From a virus (taxonomy: Duplodnaviria; Caudoviricetes): a stretch of 52,536 nucleotides of DNA. This document shows positions 1 through 9,185 of this stretch, piece after piece. Where the stretch lies: positions 1 to 52,536 of the IMG/VR virus record IMGVR_UViG_3300047301_000210; one strand, 5' to 3'. The translations under genes and the position numbers were made by a program. A model generated the notes under the pieces. It ran no database searches and had not been told where the DNA came from. It saw only the letters and a program-made list of their open reading frames with translations. The first letter of the stretch is position 1, and every line of letters starts with the position of its first letter.

Positions 1-660
1 CCCCTTAGGGCCGAAGCTGCTGCTGCAGGTGGCGAATACTTTGAGCGAATTTTTAAAGAAGCGACTCTTCACTGTGGAAAAGATGCTCTTGCCTCTGCTC
101 GTGAGATGCTGACCGTGCAACTTAAGTTCGCACGAGTCACTCATGATAATATTGTTGTTGAGAGCGAATTTGATGGCGGGCTTCGTCTTGCTACAAACAT
201 CAAGACTTCTGTGGGCAAGCAGTCTGTTATCTTTCCAATTGAATTTGGCGCGCGCGGTGCTTTGATTCCCGAAATTATGCAGGTTGGAAGCCGAATTGTT
301 TCTTTTGATGAAAAAGAGCTGCAGGCGCTTGCTCGGTCAGGAGAAAGCGACCTTCGGGCTATGTCGAGCTCGATATCAACCTTGGGCTATGGCGACCTTT
401 ATCGAATTGTTGTTAGATCTGCGCAGAATTCTGATCTCGCTGGTGCCGAAGAGGCAATGGCGGTAATTCTTGAAAATCACGGTGAAGACATGTATCGCCG
501 AGCTTTCCAGGACATGGCAGATCTTATGACTCGGTCGCAAGAGGCCTCTGATCCTAAGAGTTTTGACGACTACGCAGATCAACTCGCCAATGAGGGCGAC
601 GAGATCGCACGATATACTTCTAACAAGGTGAATGCAGCCGCATTCGGTCTACTAGACTGA
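1..660 (+). CDS. hypothetical protein, 5'-truncated (head-module gene)
   Basis: Frame +1 is open from base 1 through the listed ATG at 106 to TGA at 658-660, so the gene probably starts upstream of the window. Confidence 0.75.
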   Translation, partial: PLRAEAAAAGGEYFERIFKEATLHCGKDALASAREMLTVQLKFARVTHDNIVVESEFDGGLRLATNIKTSVGKQSVIFPIEFGARGALIPEIMQVGSRIVSFDEKELQALARSGESDLRAMSSSISTLGYGDLYRIVVRSAQNSDLAGAEEAMAVILENHGEDMYRRAFQDMADLMTRSQEASDPKSFDDYADQLANEGDEIARYTSNKVNAAAFGLLD

Positions 661-669
661 GGGAATAAA

Positions 670-1191
670 ATGCTGAAAATTGCATCTTTTGAAAACGAAA
701 TCAAAGAGTTAGATACTGATGGAAGTGGCGAATCGGCCCTGGCGGCCGCTGCCGTTGACTTTGCAGCATACGACTCCGACGATCTTTATCGTGTGGCTGG
801 CCTGATTGCGGGCTTTGCCGAACAGTTCGATTCAACCAATCGTGTCGCCGCAGCGAAGCTCGACTCCCTTCTGTTGAAGATTGCCGCAAATCCTGATAAC
901 TTTTGGTCAAAGCCCGAGCGGGCCAAAGTAGAAACCAAGCCATGGCGAGAAGGGCTTGGTCCTCTTGGAGAGGCTCTAAGTTCAAGACATTCTCCCGATC
1001 TACCGGGCGTTTCACTTGAGCGTGTAAGTGATGGAGTGTTTAAAGACTCGGTCACTGGAAAGACTTACGATTTCAATCGCGGTTTTGTACTTGATGATGG
1101 AACCGAATACAAAGGTGGCTCCGTGTCAGCACAGACACCGAAGGCAAACGAAAAAATGCAACCCATCAGGCAACAGATCGAATGGAAATAA
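670..1191 (+). CDS. hypothetical protein, candidate internal head protein
   Basis: 173 aa ORF with GAGGG RBS. Begins MLKIAS and contains the shared helical module IAGFAEQFDSTNRVAAAKLDSLLLKIAA. Confidence 0.8.
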   Translation: MLKIASFENEIKELDTDGSGESALAAAAVDFAAYDSDDLYRVAGLIAGFAEQFDSTNRVAAAKLDSLLLKIAANPDNFWSKPERAKVETKPWREGLGPLGEALSSRHSPDLPGVSLERVSDGVFKDSVTGKTYDFNRGFVLDDGTEYKGGSVSAQTPKANEKMQPIRQQIEWK

Positions 1192-1197
1192 AAGAGT

Positions 1198-1222
1198 GGG
1201 GCCAGTAAGATGGCCCCTTTCT
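1198..1222 (+). terminator. probable intrinsic terminator
   Basis: GGGGCCA-gtaaga-TGGCCCC hairpin followed by TTTCT, just after the stop at 1191. The U-tract is short. Confidence 0.55.
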
Positions 1223-1233
1223 GATTGTGAAAT

Positions 1234-1977
1234 ATGGCAAAACCAAGCACCACCCCAAAAGCAACTGTCAAGAACAAAGTTCTTAAACACATAGATCGAG
1301 ATCTGATTATCGAGTGGCTTTCCGAGGGAAAGACTCCTAATTGGATTTCTGATACATTGACCGACAAGTATCCTGGTGGGCACAATCAGCACAATCGAAT
1401 TGGTATGCGGGTCATTTACGATTTCAAAAATCAGTTTATGCCTAGTGGCAAGTTAAGCAGACTGTCTCTAGAAGAGGCAACCATTCCACAGTGGGCGAAG
1501 AAAAATTCAGACATCAAAACTGAATTGCTTAAGAATTCCGCTTACCGTAACGCAATCACGAAGCTTGGTGAAGAAGAGCTTAACGTGAAGAGAGAGCTCA
1601 TTCAGCTTATGTCTCTTGTCAAAGATCGTATGCAGTTTTATTTTGACAAACTCTCCGAGGGAGAGAAGATGGACGAGCGAAATGAAAAAGTGATGCTTGA
1701 GCAAATGAAAATGTTGCTTGCAATTCTTTCTCAACACGACACAAGCGAGCGAGCAAATGCTGCAGCGGCTGCCGCAACTTCATCTGCAGTTAGTGTCAAC
1801 ATAAATATCGTCAAAGACCATGCTGGAGTAATCCGAGATGCAGTCCGCGAAACACTCGACGGCATCGATCCAAATCTTTCTATTGAATTTATGGAAAGAT
1901 TAAACATGAAGATGAAAGAACTTGAGTATATCGAGCAAACCGGTATAATTCCACTTGGGGCAACAATCAATGTTTGA
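1234..1977 (+). CDS. hypothetical protein, possible terminase small subunit
   Basis: N-terminal HTH-like segment (RDLIIEWLSEGKTPNWISDTL), central helices and a VNINIV strand give a TerS-like layout. It lies 4.3 kb upstream of TerL. The function is an inference. Confidence 0.4.
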   Translation: MAKPSTTPKATVKNKVLKHIDRDLIIEWLSEGKTPNWISDTLTDKYPGGHNQHNRIGMRVIYDFKNQFMPSGKLSRLSLEEATIPQWAKKNSDIKTELLKNSAYRNAITKLGEEELNVKRELIQLMSLVKDRMQFYFDKLSEGEKMDERNEKVMLEQMKMLLAILSQHDTSERANAAAAAATSSAVSVNINIVKDHAGVIRDAVRETLDGIDPNLSIEFMERLNMKMKELEYIEQTGIIPLGATINV

Positions 1978-3259
1978 CGAAACTAAACTTGACGAAACAA
2001 TGCGCCCTCACTGGGAGCGTCTACGCAATAGACTAAACCTTGACACTGAAAATAGTGTTGGAAAGCTCTATACAGAAAGAGCAGTCTATGACTTTACCGA
2101 GGCGGCTGGATTCCGCTTCTCAGAGGAAGAGAGAGCCAAGATGGTAGCATCTATCTGTGCTGACAGTGCTACTACCGTAGAAGAACTGCTAAACTGTATA
2201 GTAAGACAAGTAGGAAGAGTAAAGGTAGCTTACCCTAACTATCCCAATAGACGTCCTACTACAGGTAGTGATAACAAAGAGGGAATTTTTCTGTCCCTGG
2301 GGTTGCGAGCCGCAGACTTCGTATCTTCCGGCCTAAAAGAGTCGGACGCACTACGCAGGGTGCTGAATAACGTCCCGCTCGAAACACAGCTAGATTTCCT
2401 GTCTTGGTATGGATTGACAAAGGGTGGAGAGTGGAAGCACCTAGCGGTCGCATCTTTTGAGGATAAAATGATAAAAGTTGCCTACGACGCAGATGGCTCA
2501 TTTGTTTATGAATTCATGCGGCGCAAAGAACCTACTGAGCAGGATGCACAGACTCATTCGGCTCAAGCGATTCCTGACGTCAGAAGCGCAGAAGAGTTTC
2601 GTGTTATGCGAGACAAGATGATTGGTCGTACTTTTGCAATTGACAAACTTCTTGAAAAGCATAGGCATCTGCTCAACGAAGAGCAGGTAGGCTCAATTGA
2701 GGATGTACTCAATAGCCTTCGCAAGAATATTCGCAGACTAAAGGTTGCAACCCTCACAGATGTGATTGAAAAAACTGCATTTATTGCAGAGCAGAATGAT
2801 TGGTTTGAGGGTGCGATGATTTGTCGCGCATTAGCTGAATCAGATGATAAGTTTACCAAGACGGCCGCAGCCGCATCTTCAGATCTATTGCTTCAGGTCA
2901 TAGATAGTCTTACTGAAACCGCGGCGCATCTACGGCAGAGAGCTCTTATTAGAGATCTGGCCGCCAGAGATATCGATTTGTTTAATCTTGGCTACGGCCA
3001 CATGGGTGAAGTCGGCGATGCCACTGCAAAACTAATGGAAGCATTTAACGGCGCAGCGAACAAAATTGAAGACGTCGCAAGCCGACTGCGTGGTGAGCTG
3101 CAGCAGAAAACTGGCCCGAAAGTGATGCCTGAAAAAGTGAGAACGATTGTGAGCCCCGCAGACCTGCCGCTAGTGCGGGCGCTTGAGCCACCCACCGCTC
3201 GGCCAGCAGAATCGACCACGGTTCGTTCAGCGCCCACTCCTGGTCGCCAGGAGCGCTGA
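1970..3259 (+). CDS. hypothetical helical protein, candidate head protein
   Basis: Long ORF; ATG 1970 overlaps the upstream gene end. Several K-x-A motifs (KVAY twice, KVAT, KTAF, KTAA). Confidence 0.8.
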   Translation: MFDETKLDETMRPHWERLRNRLNLDTENSVGKLYTERAVYDFTEAAGFRFSEEERAKMVASICADSATTVEELLNCIVRQVGRVKVAYPNYPNRRPTTGSDNKEGIFLSLGLRAADFVSSGLKESDALRRVLNNVPLETQLDFLSWYGLTKGGEWKHLAVASFEDKMIKVAYDADGSFVYEFMRRKEPTEQDAQTHSAQAIPDVRSAEEFRVMRDKMIGRTFAIDKLLEKHRHLLNEEQVGSIEDVLNSLRKNIRRLKVATLTDVIEKTAFIAEQNDWFEGAMICRALAESDDKFTKTAAAASSDLLLQVIDSLTETAAHLRQRALIRDLAARDIDLFNLGYGHMGEVGDATAKLMEAFNGAANKIEDVASRLRGELQQKTGPKVMPEKVRTIVSPADLPLVRALEPPTARPAESTTVRSAPTPGRQER

Positions 3260-3964
3260 GTGAAGTCTGTCGCGCAAGTCCTGAAGGAGATCGATGAAGT
3301 GGCGGATCAACACGATCTGCCCTCTCCCTATTTGGTGGGAGGCGCAGTCAGAGACCTACTTCTTGATAAATCACCCAGCGATTATGATATCACTTGCGGG
3401 GAAATTGATGCGCTTGGACTTGCAGATAATTTTGCAAGAGAAAAGCATATACCATTAAGAGTGTACCGCAGCGGTGCCAAAAAACTCCGGTACAGCGGGC
3501 TAGATCTGGATTTCTCCCCTCACACCATCTATACAAAAGGCAACTCTCCATTTCTAGATGAACTCTTCAGCCGAGACTATACGATCAACGCTATGCTTAT
3601 CGCATGCTCAAATGGAAAGTTTCTTGATCCATGTGGTGGATATGAAGATTTGCAAAAGGGAATACTTCGTTGTGCATTTGATCCAGAGACCACTTTCAAG
3701 AATCCTGCCAACGCTATTAGAGGAGTAAAGCTCATAGCAAATGGATGGACTCCAACAGAGGATACAGAAGAGGGGATTGTTGAAAATCTTCACAAGGTGT
3801 CTGAGCTCCATGGATATCAGGGTGAGAAGATAATAAATGCGGCTATAAGAGCCGACCCAGAGATTGTTGTTTGGCTTGCTGACAGAGGCCTGCTCAGCGT
3901 TGTCCCTCAGACAAAGCTGCTAGTTGAAGAGTTACGCCGCCGCAGGATGTTGCATCATGTCTAA
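3260..3964 (+). CDS. class II nucleotidyltransferase (CCA-adding/poly(A) polymerase head domain), divergent
   Basis: Motif A YLVGGAVRDLLL...SDYDI (DxD), motif B SRDYTINAM and DPCGGYEDL. Only 234 aa, no HD domain, and motif D is altered. Confidence 0.85.
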   Translation: MKSVAQVLKEIDEVADQHDLPSPYLVGGAVRDLLLDKSPSDYDITCGEIDALGLADNFAREKHIPLRVYRSGAKKLRYSGLDLDFSPHTIYTKGNSPFLDELFSRDYTINAMLIACSNGKFLDPCGGYEDLQKGILRCAFDPETTFKNPANAIRGVKLIANGWTPTEDTEEGIVENLHKVSELHGYQGEKIINAAIRADPEIVVWLADRGLLSVVPQTKLLVEELRRRRMLHHV

Positions 3965-4367
3965 AGAACTGAAGAGATGGAAAAGTAAGATAATCAACGA
4001 ATGCCTTGCTTTGCATCATAAGCATGGTGATGGAGCGGTTCCTATCGTCAAAGCAGTCATGGAATGGAGCGAAGAGCATCCGCTGACCGGTGATGATGCC
4101 AGACTTCCTCCCTTCTTCAAGCAAAATGCTGACTATGGGTCTGGAGAAGGAATACTTGGCCAACTTGACGCGTATCGCAAAAAAGCAAAGAGAAAACTTA
4201 AGCGAAAGGTCTACGACTCATATGCCAAAGATGGCGCGACAGGTAGCTTTGGTCCGATTGACTCATACTGTGGAAGTGAGCGGAATAAAAAGTACTGGAA
4301 GGGCGCAGGCAGCAGCCAAGCGGTAAGAGACTTCCTGCAGTACATAGGTCAAGTCGAGTGCTCGTGA
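3957..4367 (+). CDS. hypothetical protein
   Basis: ORF with likely start ATG 3957 overlapping the end of the NTase gene; contiguous with the operon. Confidence 0.7.
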   Translation: MSKELKRWKSKIINECLALHHKHGDGAVPIVKAVMEWSEEHPLTGDDARLPPFFKQNADYGSGEGILGQLDAYRKKAKRKLKRKVYDSYAKDGATGSFGPIDSYCGSERNKKYWKGAGSSQAVRDFLQYIGQVECS

Positions 4368-4867
4368 AAAATATGAAAAAGCTGGCAGTAATACGAACAG
4401 AGTCAGGAATACATCAATGCCCATACGGCCTTGGAATCACAAAGGCCTGCAAGAACGCAGGCGATTCTGTTGATAAGATGGTTCCTCTTGAAAAAGTCGC
4501 GCCAGATCAGGCTGAATTTCAAACTGAGCACAATATTGCAGTATACATGTTGCACGGAAAAGGTAAATGTAAATTTGCAGACCAGATTTCCGATAGCAAT
4601 TCTGTTGTTAACTGTGACTGGGGTGACTCTGCAGAGGGAGTCGGCAGCGTGTCTATCAACTCAATCCCAGCAACCCCTCCATATGTTGGATACGCAGGAC
4701 TTTCGGTCTACCAAAGCTATCCTTTTGGAGAATACTGGGATCAACTGGCGAATATTACTGGTCCAGAGCGCCTAAATGGTTACGCATCGCTAGAATCTAC
4801 GGAAAACGATGCATTAGAGCGTCAAATTGAAAATCTTATTCAAAAGATTACTGAGGAGAAGCAATGA
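4364..4867 (+). CDS. hypothetical Cys-containing protein
   Basis: GTGA overlap with the upstream stop (alternative start ATG 4373). Four Cys: CPYGL..AC, KCKFAD, NCDWGD. Confidence 0.7.
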   Translation: MKNMKKLAVIRTESGIHQCPYGLGITKACKNAGDSVDKMVPLEKVAPDQAEFQTEHNIAVYMLHGKGKCKFADQISDSNSVVNCDWGDSAEGVGSVSINSIPATPPYVGYAGLSVYQSYPFGEYWDQLANITGPERLNGYASLESTENDALERQIENLIQKITEEKQ

Positions 4868-5712
4868 GCGATGATTTTGATTTTCTTACTTTTGAGGATG
4901 ACGAGCCCCAGGCAAAACTGCCAGGCGTCGACTCTTTGATTGTCGAAGACGAAGAGGAGGAGAATGAAGAGCGTGAGTCTGATTGGGAAAATGATTCCGA
5001 TCACTCTAAATTCATCCCCTATATAAAGGCTCGCGTAAAAGCTATTCCAAAGCACAGCGGTACGACCTCTGTTGGTTGGGAGCGTGCAATCGCCTATCTC
5101 CGCAAGCTTGACAAAGAAATTAGCCGAGCCATTCAGTCTGATGAGACAAATGCTGTCGATGATGCAGAAGCCGAGGACATTCGCGATGCGATTTTGGTCG
5201 ATATCTCCAAGTGCGAAAGCGCCCTTGAGAAGATCAATGGCAAAAAGCGCCGTCGGAAGGAAGCCTCTGTTAAGATTGGCGGAAATATCTACTCACGTAT
5301 TAATGCGCTGGGTGATTCTGAGCACTATGTGCGTGCAGAACTAGAGGACGAAGAAGTCCTCCTGAAGCTGAATGTCATTGAGCCAAGTGATGAATCCGTC
5401 CAAGCCTATATGGAATGGGAGCGTGGCGCCCTTACCAAAGAGGCTAGCTCTGCTAAGATTGTACTGATGGCAGACCCTTTTCTACACGAAGTAACCAATA
5501 TCATCATCCGTGCTCACGTCACTTATGGACGCAACATTGAGGATGCCTACCAGCAAATGGCGAAGAAGTATGCTTTTTCTCCAAGAGATCACCTAGCGGT
5601 TCACTCTTTGCTGCGCGAGAAAGGCCTATTGATTGATCGGGACTTCTCCACTATTGGTGACGACCTAACGATGGAAAACATGCCCATCGGAATGAAAGTT
5701 TATCCTGCCTGA
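4864..5712 (+). CDS. hypothetical protein, candidate head protein
   Basis: GAGGAG RBS and ATGA overlap. Acidic N-terminus and two KEAS motifs. Confidence 0.8.
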   Translation: MSDDFDFLTFEDDEPQAKLPGVDSLIVEDEEEENEERESDWENDSDHSKFIPYIKARVKAIPKHSGTTSVGWERAIAYLRKLDKEISRAIQSDETNAVDDAEAEDIRDAILVDISKCESALEKINGKKRRRKEASVKIGGNIYSRINALGDSEHYVRAELEDEEVLLKLNVIEPSDESVQAYMEWERGALTKEASSAKIVLMADPFLHEVTNIIIRAHVTYGRNIEDAYQQMAKKYAFSPRDHLAVHSLLREKGLLIDRDFSTIGDDLTMENMPIGMKVYPA

Positions 5713-5720
5713 GGTTTACG

Positions 5721-6230
5721 ATGAGTATTTGGGACGAACTATATAGTGGTTATGTACGGGCTGAGCTTAAAGCTGAGTCCGATGGCGTAGAGACCTTTAA
5801 GAGCGTTGATGCAAAGGTGCAGGACCTGCGTCGGCGCGTAGGCTTGCACGCCACAATTGATTTTTCTAAAAAGGCGTCTCTTGACAAGTCAGCTTCAAAG
5901 TCATTCCGGTTAGTTCTTGCCGCAGAGGTAGAGCCCGCCGAAGATGAAGATGCGTTGATTGCAGTCAAGGGCTATTTAATGCAGTTGCTTGATATGCGCA
6001 GAGCAGGTATTCAGGTAGATGTGGCGCTAGCTGACGCAAGGAGCAAGTTCAGTCAGTATGAAGGGCTGATCAACAATCACAAAGCCGAGCTGCGCGAATT
6101 CATTGAGAAGTACCAGCAGAAATTTCGGACCGCTCCACTGACTCCGGCGCCAACGCCAAATACCATAAAGATCGACCCAACTGAAGATGGGGCGACTTTT
6201 GAGAATAGTGCGGAAAAGCTAAAGATGTGA
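5721..6230 (+). CDS. hypothetical protein
   Basis: GAGG RBS, 169 aa, contains KKASLDKSAS. Confidence 0.8.
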   Translation: MSIWDELYSGYVRAELKAESDGVETFKSVDAKVQDLRRRVGLHATIDFSKKASLDKSASKSFRLVLAAEVEPAEDEDALIAVKGYLMQLLDMRRAGIQVDVALADARSKFSQYEGLINNHKAELREFIEKYQQKFRTAPLTPAPTPNTIKIDPTEDGATFENSAEKLKM

Positions 6231-6242
6231 AGATGAGGAAGT

Positions 6243-9185
6243 ATGGCGATAGACAGGAAAGCAAAACCTCTCTCATCAAGAGAGATATTTAAAGAGCTAA
6301 AGCGCGACGTATCAAATCTTGACTGTGTTAGCTTTGCAGAAAACTATCTCACGATTGACGGAAAGCCATTTGACCTTTCGGGTTCTGGCTGGAAGTACAT
6401 GGGTGAGATGTATCGCATTATATCTGCCCAGATTGAAAATCCAAATGCTAGACCAATCATACTGCTAAAGGGCCGCCAGGTAGGCGCGACCATCATGGCG
6501 GGCGTACTCAGCTTGCATATGGCGTCGTCTGGCCTCTATGGCACAGAGAGTCGTAAGCCAGCTATAAGAGTGATGCATGTGTTCCCGGACCTAAAGAGGT
6601 GCGGTGTGTATGCAAAAGACATTCTTTCAAGCCTAATGTCTGGCGCCAATGACAATCATATCACAAAGCGTTCACTGAAAGAAGCAGCTATCAAGGGATC
6701 AGCCCTTGAGGACTCTCAGACGCAAAAGAATTTCATGGGAATGAATAAGATTCGTGTTGACTCAATTGGAAAATCTGGAGATCGAATTCGCGGTAGCACG
6801 CAAGATGTACTGCTACTAGATGAGTGCCATTTTTTTGGTACCAAGGTGGCGACTGATGAAGGCGACATAAAGATAGGCAATTTGTATGAGTTGTTCAGAT
6901 CTGAGTCAAAACTCCCTAATGCAAAAAGCTTCAACGAAACAACAAAAAAATTTGAATATAAGAAGATATTAAATGCTTGGCACCGCGGAAAGAAAGACTG
7001 CATTAGAATAGTCACTACTGACACAAAAGTAAAATGCACTCCTGATCACAAGATGCTTACGACCAATGGGTGGAAAGAGGCCAAAGACATACTTGTTGGT
7101 GACGCAATCATTGCAGCTACCGGCAGAAGGACAAATGCCAAGGTGCCCAATAGCGATCAAACTCAGCTAATTATAGGGTCTTTCTTAGGCGATGGAAACA
7201 TCCACAAGCAAAGAATTGGAATGTTTGTACTAAGGGCTGTGCATGGGCTTGCCCAAAAAGATTACAATGAGTGGAAGGCTCAAATGGTAGGTGCTAAGCT
7301 GACGTGTTTTGAAAACAATGGATTCAGTCAAAAACCTGCCTGCCGCTTTGCCAGTGCGAACCTAAGCTTACCATTTGTATTTCCAAAGACAAAGACGTAT
7401 GTGCCGCAATCCATAATTGACAATATGGATGCCCGTGCGCTTGCGGTATGGTTCATGGATGACGGCTCTGCGTATAACAATGGCTCAGGCGCATGTATTT
7501 CCACCTGCTCATTTGATGAAGACTCCAACTTACGACTAGTCAGCGCTCTTGGAAAGCTCGGTATATCTGCCAAGCTCAAAAACTATTTTCACAAGCAACA
7601 TCAAAAGCATCACTTCACAATATATATATCTGCCGATGGGTACAGAAAACTTAGTGAGATAATATCTCCATACGTTCATGCCACAATGAGATATAAGCTT
7701 AGCCGAGAATTTAGGCTCACTGAGTTCAAGTATGAATGGGATAATCAATTTCTGGGATACGACGTTGCTCTTGTTAAAGAAATAGACCACAAGAAAGTCC
7801 AAGAAGAGGTATATGATATAGAGGTTGAAGATAATCACAATTTCATCATTACAAATGGAAAGCGCTCCAGCAATGTAGGTGGACTGACCACCTCGAATTG
7901 CCAAGATATGACTCGTACCGCCATCGAGAACTCCCTGAAGGTTCTCACTGCAACGCCATACGGAGCAAAGACAAAGGGAGTTCAGGTATTCTTTGGAACT
8001 CCTAAGCATGCAGGCAGTTATTTTTGGAATCTTTGGGAGGACAGCGATCAAAGGTTCTACCAACTTAAGTGCAAGAACTGCGAGCACTACTTCTTCCTCT
8101 ATAATCTTGAGAACGATGATTGGAATGACATTTGGGTAAAAGAGCAGCAAGTTAAATGCCCAATGTGTAGCCGCATTCAAAACAAGCTTGATGCGATGGA
8201 CGCAGGCCGCTGGATCGCGACTCGCCCATATCGCCCAGATGGAACTGTGCCAAAGCACATTGGCTACCATTTTAACATGATGCTATCACCTCTCTTCACA
8301 AAAGAGAACGTTTTGGATTATTGGCCACAACACAATAAAAATGCTTCTGAGCGAGCTTGGCGAAACGAAACAAAAGGCCAGTTTTACTCTGCGGCATCTG
8401 TCCCGATTACGCTTGAAGAAGTCCATGCGAATTGCCTTGATCTTGAGAGAGGGGTTGCCAAAAGCATCGTAAGCCCACAGGGACGCTATTACTTCCTCGG
8501 GATGGACTGGGGCGAGAAGGTTGAGACAGACGCAGACATGGAGTCCAAGAGAGGCAAGTCGTACACCTGCGCTGTAATCCTTTCGGTTGACCACACCGGT
8601 GTCCTAACGATTGAGAATGCCGTTAAGCTACGAGACAACTCTCCTGACTATAAGATGAATGTAGTCAGAAAGCTAATGGCGGACTTTCACATTGAACAGG
8701 CCGCCGCCGACTTTTATTACGCCAATGACTTTGTCAGGCTTGTGCAAAGCAATGAAGGATATGGCGACAAGTTCTTGGGCTGCACAAACTTAAGCAACTC
8801 GAAAAAGGTATTCAGCTATGATGAAAAAGAAATCATGGTTGGCATAAACAAAGACCGCGCACTTGAAGAGCTATTTGGGCTAATGAAGCGAGGAATGATA
8901 AAAATTCCTGCCAAAGACGACGCACTTGAGCTACTGAGCTGGTTGGTTGACCACATCACTTCAATGGAGACTCACATCAAGGTTAAAGACGGAATTGCTT
9001 TGCCAACCTACAAGAAGGGCACAGTTCAAAACGACGGACTCATGGCCCTGATGTACGCTTATACAGCCTACAAGTTCATGGTGACTCGTAAGTTTAGCGA
9101 AAATGGCCCAGGCTCAGGTGTAAATAAAAACGAAAAAGCTGGCGGGCTAGTTCCCGTACTAGGCCACATTCCAAGGATGCACTAA
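6243..9185 (+). CDS. terL: terminase large subunit (GpA-like), intein-containing
   Basis: Walker A-like LLKGRQVGAT, Walker B LLLDE, FGTP motif, CxxC...CxxC zinc knuckle, nuclease GMDWG and C-terminal NDGLMA. Lies directly upstream of the portal. Confidence 0.93.
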   Translation: MAIDRKAKPLSSREIFKELKRDVSNLDCVSFAENYLTIDGKPFDLSGSGWKYMGEMYRIISAQIENPNARPIILLKGRQVGATIMAGVLSLHMASSGLYGTESRKPAIRVMHVFPDLKRCGVYAKDILSSLMSGANDNHITKRSLKEAAIKGSALEDSQTQKNFMGMNKIRVDSIGKSGDRIRGSTQDVLLLDECHFFGTKVATDEGDIKIGNLYELFRSESKLPNAKSFNETTKKFEYKKILNAWHRGKKDCIRIVTTDTKVKCTPDHKMLTTNGWKEAKDILVGDAIIAATGRRTNAKVPNSDQTQLIIGSFLGDGNIHKQRIGMFVLRAVHGLAQKDYNEWKAQMVGAKLTCFENNGFSQKPACRFASANLSLPFVFPKTKTYVPQSIIDNMDARALAVWFMDDGSAYNNGSGACISTCSFDEDSNLRLVSALGKLGISAKLKNYFHKQHQKHHFTIYISADGYRKLSEIISPYVHATMRYKLSREFRLTEFKYEWDNQFLGYDVALVKEIDHKKVQEEVYDIEVEDNHNFIITNGKRSSNVGGLTTSNCQDMTRTAIENSLKVLTATPYGAKTKGVQVFFGTPKHAGSYFWNLWEDSDQRFYQLKCKNCEHYFFLYNLENDDWNDIWVKEQQVKCPMCSRIQNKLDAMDAGRWIATRPYRPDGTVPKHIGYHFNMMLSPLFTKENVLDYWPQHNKNASERAWRNETKGQFYSAASVPITLEEVHANCLDLERGVAKSIVSPQGRYYFLGMDWGEKVETDADMESKRGKSYTCAVILSVDHTGVLTIENAVKLRDNSPDYKMNVVRKLMADFHIEQAAADFYYANDFVRLVQSNEGYGDKFLGCTNLSNSKKVFSYDEKEIMVGINKDRALEELFGLMKRGMIKIPAKDDALELLSWLVDHITSMETHIKVKDGIALPTYKKGTVQNDGLMALMYAYTAYKFMVTRKFSENGPGSGVNKNEKAGGLVPVLGHIPRMH
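6825..7898 (+). mobile_element. intein with LAGLIDADG homing endonuclease (358 aa) in TerL
   Basis: Starts CHFFGTKV right after LLLDE. Block B CTPDH, LAGLIDADG motifs IIGSFLGDG and LAVWFMDDG, block F VYDIEVEDNHNF. Ends TSN followed by Cys+1; removal restores LLLDE-CQD. Confidence 0.93.

Noticed and set aside
7536-8270. 244-aa minus-strand ORF and the many other antisense or alternate-frame ORFs in the track
   Set aside because: They lie wholly within well-supported plus-strand genes, lack recognisable motifs, and are explained as shadows of codon bias.
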